Positions 56,886 through 64,000 of a stretch of DNA of 64,000 bases are shown here, one piece after another; the stretch's first letter is position 1, and each line of letters opens with the position of its first letter. The notes under the pieces are model-generated. The model searched no databases. It saw only the letters and a list, made by a program, of their open reading frames with translations, and had not been told where the DNA came from. The stretch is from Escherichia coli (GTDB taxonomy: Bacteria; Pseudomonadota; Gammaproteobacteria; Enterobacterales; Enterobacteriaceae): assembly GCF_003334765.1 (NCBI RefSeq), contig NZ_QOWT01000015.1, one strand, 5' to 3'. The position numbers were made by a program, and so were the translations under genes.

Positions 56886-57899
56886 TTAAGGCTGCGTTTT
56901 CCCCGGCATTCGCGGGTCGTCTTTATATTCGGCGGTGGCAATCCACGCCGCGCAAAACAGCGTCAAACGGGCGAAGAAGTAGAAAAATGCCATCAGCCCC
57001 AGCACGGAACCAAATGCTGCGCCAGAGGGGGATTTCATCAACGATGGCAGGGTGTAGGTCATCACGATTTTAATCACTTCAAAACCAATAGCAGCCAGAA
57101 ATGTTCCGCGAATCAGGGCTTTTTTGCGCGGACGGTGGCGCGGCAACCGCCAGAAGATCCAGAAGAAAAGCAGATAGTTGGCGAAGATGGAAATCGCCAG
57201 GCCAATCAATCGCCACGTCGGTTTCAGCCACTCAATGCTGTTCAGGTGCAGGGCGCTAATAATCATTTGCTGCGCCGAACCGGCAACCGAGGTGATCGAA
57301 AGCGTCACAATCAGCGCAATCAACAAACCAATCAGCGAAATAAAATCTCGCAGATATTTTACCCAGAACTTCTCCTGATCTTGCGGCGAGCGTTCCCAGA
57401 CATCGCGCGACTGGGCACGAATCGCTTCACGCAGGTTACCCATCCAGTTGATGCCGGAATAAAGTGCCACCGCCAGGCCGACAAGCCCTACAGTCGTACG
57501 CTGCTGAACGGCGGTGTTGATGGTGTTTTTCAACGTGGCGGCTAGCGTCGGATCGCTGATGTTTTGCAGAATTTTGTCGAAGATATCCTGTAGCAACATC
57601 GGATGGGAGGCCAGCACAAAGCCCCCTGCGGCAAACGACACCATCAAAATTGGTATCATCGACAAAAATGAGAAATAGGTGATAGCCGCACCAAACTGGT
57701 TACCCAGCCGATCGTTAAAGCGTTCTGTCGCGCGAATCAGGTGCGCAATAACCGGTTGGCGTTGGACTTTTTCGGCAGTGGTGGTGACGGTTTCCAGCGC
57801 CTGGCTAACTTTGCTGCCTTTCTCGCTATTATCCAACGGCTTAATCGGCTCGTGCTCCAGATCCTGGATGGGACGTTTGATCTCGTTTTCCTGCGTCAT
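56886..57899 (-). CDS. yhjD: Inner membrane protein YhjD, YihY/virulence-factor BrkB family (337 aa)
   Basis: ORF track; MTQENEIKRPIQDLEHEPIKPL..., then a polytopic membrane domain. Confidence 0.88.
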   Translation of the reverse strand: MTQENEIKRPIQDLEHEPIKPLDNSEKGSKVSQALETVTTTAEKVQRQPVIAHLIRATERFNDRLGNQFGAAITYFSFLSMIPILMVSFAAGGFVLASHPMLLQDIFDKILQNISDPTLAATLKNTINTAVQQRTTVGLVGLAVALYSGINWMGNLREAIRAQSRDVWERSPQDQEKFWVKYLRDFISLIGLLIALIVTLSITSVAGSAQQMIISALHLNSIEWLKPTWRLIGLAISIFANYLLFFWIFWRLPRHRPRKKALIRGTFLAAIGFEVIKIVMTYTLPSLMKSPSGAAFGSVLGLMAFFYFFARLTLFCAAWIATAEYKDDPRMPGKTQP

Positions 57900-57947
57900 C
57901 CGCTCTTTTGTCCTTCTGTCGTGGTCATTCTTAAAAAGTATAGTCGG

Positions 57948-58847
57948 TCAGTCCAGGTACTCTTTCATTACGCCAGCCAGCCACTGCATAAACAGGTTTA
58001 CACGCCGGGAAAGCTCCCGACGCTGCGGATAAACCAGCGAAAGGGAGAGCGGCTCGGCACGGTAGCCAGGTAATACTTCAATAAGCCGCCCGGCACGCAG
58101 GGCTTCGCGCACGGCAATGCGCGGGATCTGAATAATCCCCAGACCGGCAAGACCGGCGGTGAGATAGTTTTCGCTACTGTTTACCGTCAACATGCCGCCA
58201 GACTTAAACCACTGGACGCCATTAACGCTGGCAACCTCAAAACCTAACGGATGTACACCCAGGTGCGGTGTATAACGCACTATTGCGTGTGAAGTCAGAT
58301 CATCGGGGCTTTGCGGATAACCAAAGCGCGTCAGATAGTGCGGACTGGCACAGTTGACCATGGTCAGTTTGCCGAGGGGACGGGCGATAACGCCATCTTC
58401 CGGTAACGCGCCAGTGCGTATCACGCAATCAAAACCATCATGAAGAATATCTACCGGACGGTCATGGCTACTCAGTTCCAGCTCAATTCCCGGATGCAGA
58501 TAGAGAAATTCCGACAGGCGCGGCAGTAACAGGCTTTTCGCGATTCCTGGCGGGATGTCGATGCGTAATTTACCGCTGATACTGGTGGCATCCTGTTGAA
58601 ACAGACCGTCCAGTTCGCTGAGATTACTCAACACATCTTTTGCTCGTTGATAATAGGTCATGCCTTCTGGCGTGAGTTTGACCCGTCGCGTGGTGCGCTG
58701 GAGAAGCTGGGTGCCAAGTTGATGTTCCAGTGCCTGTATCTGGCGCGAAACACTTCCCTTTGGCAAAGCAAAGAAATCCGCTGCGCGGGAAAAACTTTCC
58801 AGCTCCGCGACTTTGATGAACAACTGCATTGCGTGAATTTTATCCAT
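57948..58847 (-). CDS. yhjC: LysR-family transcriptional regulator YhjC (299 aa)
   Basis: ORF track 57948..58919; start at MDKIHAMQLFIKVAELESFSRAADFFALPKGSVSRQIQALE (LysR HTH); the upstream 24 codons are treated as spurious. Confidence 0.9.
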   Translation of the reverse strand: MDKIHAMQLFIKVAELESFSRAADFFALPKGSVSRQIQALEHQLGTQLLQRTTRRVKLTPEGMTYYQRAKDVLSNLSELDGLFQQDATSISGKLRIDIPPGIAKSLLLPRLSEFLYLHPGIELELSSHDRPVDILHDGFDCVIRTGALPEDGVIARPLGKLTMVNCASPHYLTRFGYPQSPDDLTSHAIVRYTPHLGVHPLGFEVASVNGVQWFKSGGMLTVNSSENYLTAGLAGLGIIQIPRIAVREALRAGRLIEVLPGYRAEPLSLSLVYPQRRELSRRVNLFMQWLAGVMKEYLD

Positions 58848-59366
58848 TTCTTTGACCGATTGTTGTTCACAGCGAAACAGTAACGCGCATATCGCATTGT
58901 TTATTGTTTTTTCTAACATCTAATGCCGGGTTTCACAATGTTGTCATGCCGAATGTGGCGATTTCTCAGCAGGAAAAGGGCGGAATAGCTTTCTGAGAAA
59001 GGTGAATCCCCTTAAACAGAGCGTATTTTTCAGCGATTCCCTTTAAAGTGAACAGAGGACGTGTTGGCTATTTGTGCTTATTTTTGTCTCCTTGCCGTTT
59101 GTTATTTTGGCTTGTGGTCGCGGAATTTCATTTTTAATTGCATGCGTACTAACCACCAATATAAGGAAATCCTCAAAATTGTTTTAAATAGTGCCCTCGA
59201 CATGTAATTTCAGGCGTTTAGCTGTAACTATTTATATCGGTAACTATTTTCTACACGTCATCTCTGTAGAATGGCCACCGCCAAATGGCGAATTCTTATT
59301 TTTTCTCGCGGGTAATACCCTTCCACTACTTAAGTCTTTTTAACGTATTCAGGTGGAGATTCAGTT

Positions 59367-59969
59367 ATGCAAATAGTCATGTTTGACAGGCAGTCAATAT
59401 TTATTCATGGAATGAAAATCAGTTTACAGCAGCGTATTCCAGGAGTGAGTATTCAGGGGGCCAGTCAGGCAGACGAGTTATGGCAAAAGCTGGAAAGTTA
59501 CCCTGAAGCCTTAGTTATGCTCGATGGCGATCTGGATGGTGAGTTTTGCTACTGGTTGCTGCAAAAAACCGTGGTGCAATTTCCTGAGGTTAAGGTGTTA
59601 ATTACGGCGACGGATTGCAATAAACGGTGGTTACAGGAAGTTATCCATTTTAATGTGCTGGCCATTGTGCCTCGTGATTCAACCGTCGAGACATTTGCGT
59701 TGGCGGTAAATAGTGCGGCGATGGGGATGATGTTTCTGCCTGGAGACTGGCGGACGACGCCGGAAAAGGACATTAAAGATCTCAAATCGTTAAGCGCCCG
59801 CCAGCGGGAGATTTTAACCATGTTAGCGGCGGGCGAATCAAATAAGGAGATCGGCAGAGCGCTGAATATCAGTACCGGAACGGTAAAAGCGCATCTGGAA
59901 TCCCTGTATCGCCGTCTGGAAGTGAAAAATCGCACCCAGGCGGCAATGATGTTAAATATCTCCTCCTGA
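59367..59969 (+). CDS. yhjB: LuxR/FixJ-family putative response regulator YhjB (200 aa)
   Basis: ORF track; C-terminal LuxR HTH (LSARQREILTMLAAGESNKEIGRALNISTGTVKAHL); N-terminal receiver-like domain with an atypical acidic pocket. Confidence 0.9.
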   Translation: MQIVMFDRQSIFIHGMKISLQQRIPGVSIQGASQADELWQKLESYPEALVMLDGDLDGEFCYWLLQKTVVQFPEVKVLITATDCNKRWLQEVIHFNVLAIVPRDSTVETFALAVNSAAMGMMFLPGDWRTTPEKDIKDLKSLSARQREILTMLAAGESNKEIGRALNISTGTVKAHLESLYRRLEVKNRTQAAMMLNISS

Positions 59970-59977
59970 AGAGGATA

Positions 59978-60017
59978 ATTTTACAGCCAGCAGGAAGTTA
60001 GCGGCTGGCTGTAAAAA
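59978..60017. terminator. Bidirectional terminator between convergent yhjB and treF
   Basis: TTTTACAGCCAGC-AGGAAGTTA-GCGGCTGGCTGTAAAAA: 9 bp stem flanked by T- and A-runs. Confidence 0.7.
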
Positions 60018-60019
60018 TA

Positions 60020-61699
<1,680 letters not shown>

Positions 61700-61951
61700 T
61701 TATCGGCTTTTCTTTAAGGGTAGTCATTCGCTCCGCCTGGTGGGCGACAAAGCGTGCGGTGGATCACGTTTATTAACCTGTCAAAAAATATAACGCACTA
61801 ATATCAATGGAATTTATAAAAATACCGATTTGGTGTTGTTTTTCATTTTCAGAACATTCAATCCTGCTCTCGCCGCAATCATGATATGCCATTCCTGATC
61901 TGGGTAATAGGCACAGGCTATCTTATTGATAGTTTATATTCATGTAATTGA

Positions 61952-61965
61952 TTGATTCCTATCAA
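61952..61965 (+). promoter_or_regulatory. FNR binding site TTGATTCCTATCAA upstream of ccp
   Basis: Perfect match to the FNR consensus TTGAT-N4-ATCAA, centred ~115 bp upstream of the ccp ATG. Confidence 0.7.
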
Positions 61966-62072
61966 AAAGCGTATCTCCCTGTTTTTTATGATGGCTTTGT
62001 CTCGCAGAGACGTTTGCAGCATTCTGGAAAATTTTCTGGGTCACAATAACTCACCACCGTGAGGGAAGAATA

Positions 62073-63470
62073 ATGAAAATGGTCTCACGTATTACCGCGA
62101 TCGGCCTGGCTGGCGTCGCGATTTGCTATTTAGGGTTATCTGGTTATGTGTGGTACCACGATAATAAACGCAGTAAACAGGCCGATGTTCAGGCATCTGC
62201 TGTCAGTGAAAATAATAAGGTTTTAGGCTTTCTCCGCGAAAAAGGATGCGACTATTGCCACACGCCTTCGGCAGAATTACCCGCCTATTATTATATTCCT
62301 GGCGCGAAACAGTTGATGGATTACGACATTAAGCTTGGATATAAATCTTTTAACCTTGAGGCCGTGCGTGCGGCACTGCTGGCTGATAAACCCGTTTCGC
62401 AAAGCGATTTGAATAAGATTGAATGGGTGATGCAGTATGAAACTATGCCACCAACGCGTTATACCGCGCTACACTGGGCGGGTAAGGTGAGTGATGAAGA
62501 GCGGGCGGAAATACTGGCCTGGATTGCAAAACAGCGCGCGGAATATTACGCCAGCAATGATACTGCTCCGGAACATCGCAATGAACCGGTGCAGCCCATC
62601 CCGCAAAAACTGCCTACCGATGCGCAAAAAGTGGCGTTGGGTTTTGCGCTGTATCACGATCCCCGTTTATCGGCTGATAGCACCATTTCATGCGCTCATT
62701 GCCATGCGTTGAATGCGGGGGGCGTCGATGGCAGAAAAACATCGATTGGTGTTGGTGGCGCAGTTGGGCCGATTAACGCGCCGACGGTATTTAACTCAGT
62801 ATTTAACGTTGAGCAGTTCTGGGATGGTCGTGCGGCAACATTGCAGGATCAGGCTGGTGGACCGCCGTTGAACCCGATTGAAATGGCGTCGAAATCCTGG
62901 GACGAAATTATTGCTAAGCTGGAAAAAGATCCGCAGCTTAAAACGCAGTTCCTCGAAGTCTATCCGCAAGGTTTCAGTGGCGAAAATATTACTGATGCCA
63001 TTGCTGAATTTGAGAAAACATTAATTACGCCGGATTCCCCATTTGATAAATGGTTGCGCGGAGATGAAAATGCGCTGACGGCGCAACAGAAAAAAGGCTA
63101 TCAATTATTTAAAGATAATAAATGTGCAACTTGTCATGGTGGTATTATTCTCGGCGGACGTTCCTTTGAACCGTTGGGGCTGAAAAAAGACTTTAACTTT
63201 GGGGAAATTACGGCGGCGGATATTGGTCGTATGAATGTGACTAAAGAAGAGCGTGATAAATTGCGTCAGAAAGTACCCGGTTTACGTAACGTTGCTTTAA
63301 CGGCACCGTACTTCCATCGCGGTGACGTGCCGACGCTGGACGGGGCGGTGAAACTGATGCTGCGCTATCAGGTAGGCAAAGAGCTGCCGCAGGAGGATGT
63401 GGATGATATCGTAGCTTTCCTGCACAGTCTGAACGGGGTGTACACGCCGTATATGCAGGATAAACAATAA
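62073..63470 (+). CDS. ccp: Cytochrome c peroxidase (YhjA), di/tri-heme, membrane-anchored (465 aa)
   Basis: ORF track; N-terminal TM anchor; three CxxCH heme motifs (CDYCH, CAHCH, CATCH). Confidence 0.93.
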   Translation: MKMVSRITAIGLAGVAICYLGLSGYVWYHDNKRSKQADVQASAVSENNKVLGFLREKGCDYCHTPSAELPAYYYIPGAKQLMDYDIKLGYKSFNLEAVRAALLADKPVSQSDLNKIEWVMQYETMPPTRYTALHWAGKVSDEERAEILAWIAKQRAEYYASNDTAPEHRNEPVQPIPQKLPTDAQKVALGFALYHDPRLSADSTISCAHCHALNAGGVDGRKTSIGVGGAVGPINAPTVFNSVFNVEQFWDGRAATLQDQAGGPPLNPIEMASKSWDEIIAKLEKDPQLKTQFLEVYPQGFSGENITDAIAEFEKTLITPDSPFDKWLRGDENALTAQQKKGYQLFKDNKCATCHGGIILGGRSFEPLGLKKDFNFGEITAADIGRMNVTKEERDKLRQKVPGLRNVALTAPYFHRGDVPTLDGAVKLMLRYQVGKELPQEDVDDIVAFLHSLNGVYTPYMQDKQ

Positions 63471-63478
63471 TTAATTTG

Positions 63479-63512
63479 ATCGCCCGAACAGCAATGTTTG
63501 GGCGATTTTTAT
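63479..63512 (+). terminator. Intrinsic terminator of ccp
   Basis: CGCCCGAACA-GCAA-TGTTTGGGCG hairpin followed by ATTTTTATT. Confidence 0.7.
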
Positions 63513-63581
63513 TACGATAATAAAGTCTGTTTTTAATATTATCATGTTAAATGTTTATATTATAAAAAGTCGTTTTTCTGC

Positions 63582-63601
63582 TTAGGATTTTGTTATTTAA
63601 A
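63582..63601 (+). promoter_or_regulatory. GAD box (GadE/RcsB site) TTAGGATTTTGTTATTTAAA in the gadA promoter
   Basis: 20 bp element ~80-100 bp upstream of the gadA ATG; matches the conserved gad box of gadA/gadBC promoters. Confidence 0.75.
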
Positions 63602-63680
63602 TTAAGCCTGTAATGCCTTGCTTCCATTGCGGATAAATCCTACTTTTTTATTGCCTTCAAATAAATTTAAGGAGTTCGAA

Positions 63681-64000
63681 ATGGACCAGAAGCTGTTAAC
63701 GGATTTCCGCTCAGAACTACTCGATTCACGTTTTGGCGCAAAGGCCATTTCTACTATCGCGGAGTCAAAACGATTTCCGCTGCACGAAATGCGCGATGAT
63801 GTCGCATTTCAGATTATCAATGATGAATTATATCTTGATGGCAACGCTCGTCAGAACCTGGCCACTTTCTGCCAGACCTGGGACGACGAAAACGTCCATA
63901 AATTGATGGATTTGTCGATCAATAAAAACTGGATCGACAAAGAAGAATATCCGCAATCCGCAGCCATCGACCTGCGTTGCGTAAATATGGTTGCCGATCT
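63681..64000 (+). CDS. gadA: Glutamate decarboxylase alpha, N-terminal portion; gene continues past window end
   Basis: Hand-translated: [92 protein letters not shown]...; AGGAG SD upstream. Confidence 0.93.

Overview
This 64 kb window is a contiguous, syntenic stretch of Escherichia coli core chromosome, reverse-complemented relative to the usual K-12 map (xylose genes first, gadA last). I see no evidence of an undescribed multi-gene system, and I found no integrase, transposase, phage or CRISPR signal. Gene identities come from reading the translated ORFs against protein families I recognise; no database search was run. Gene order: xylG (partial), xylF, xylAB, yiaB, yiaA, wecH, ysaB, glyQS, hokA, cspA, yiaG, yiaF, ghrB, yiaD, bisC, yiaC, tag, yhjY, yhjX, eptB, tRNA-Pro (proK), dppABCDF, yhjV, rdlD/ldrD, bcsGFE divergent from bcsRQABZC, pdeK, dctA, yhjJ, kdgK, pdeH, yhjG, yhjE, yhjD, yhjC, yhjB, treF, ccp, gadA (partial). 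Many ORF-track calls carry spurious N-terminal extensions, so I trimmed starts to the internal Met that matches the known protein. Hand-located sites may be off by 1-2 nt. The most notable observations are: (1) two identical 108 bp copies of the tRNA-Pro 3' end plus its terminator downstream of proK; (2) a compact, uninterrupted hokA toxin locus between glyS and cspA, with no IS150 (which I recall sits here in K-12); (3) an intact bcsQ in a complete cellulose locus (K-12 is recalled to carry an early stop); (4) the ldrD/rdlD toxin-antisense module; (5) readable regulatory sites: YpdB repeats at yhjX, an FNR box at ccp, a sigma-28 promoter at pdeH, a KdgR-like operator at kdgK, the GAD box at gadA and the cspA cold box. 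Together, (2) and (3) suggest a non-K-12 E. coli strain.
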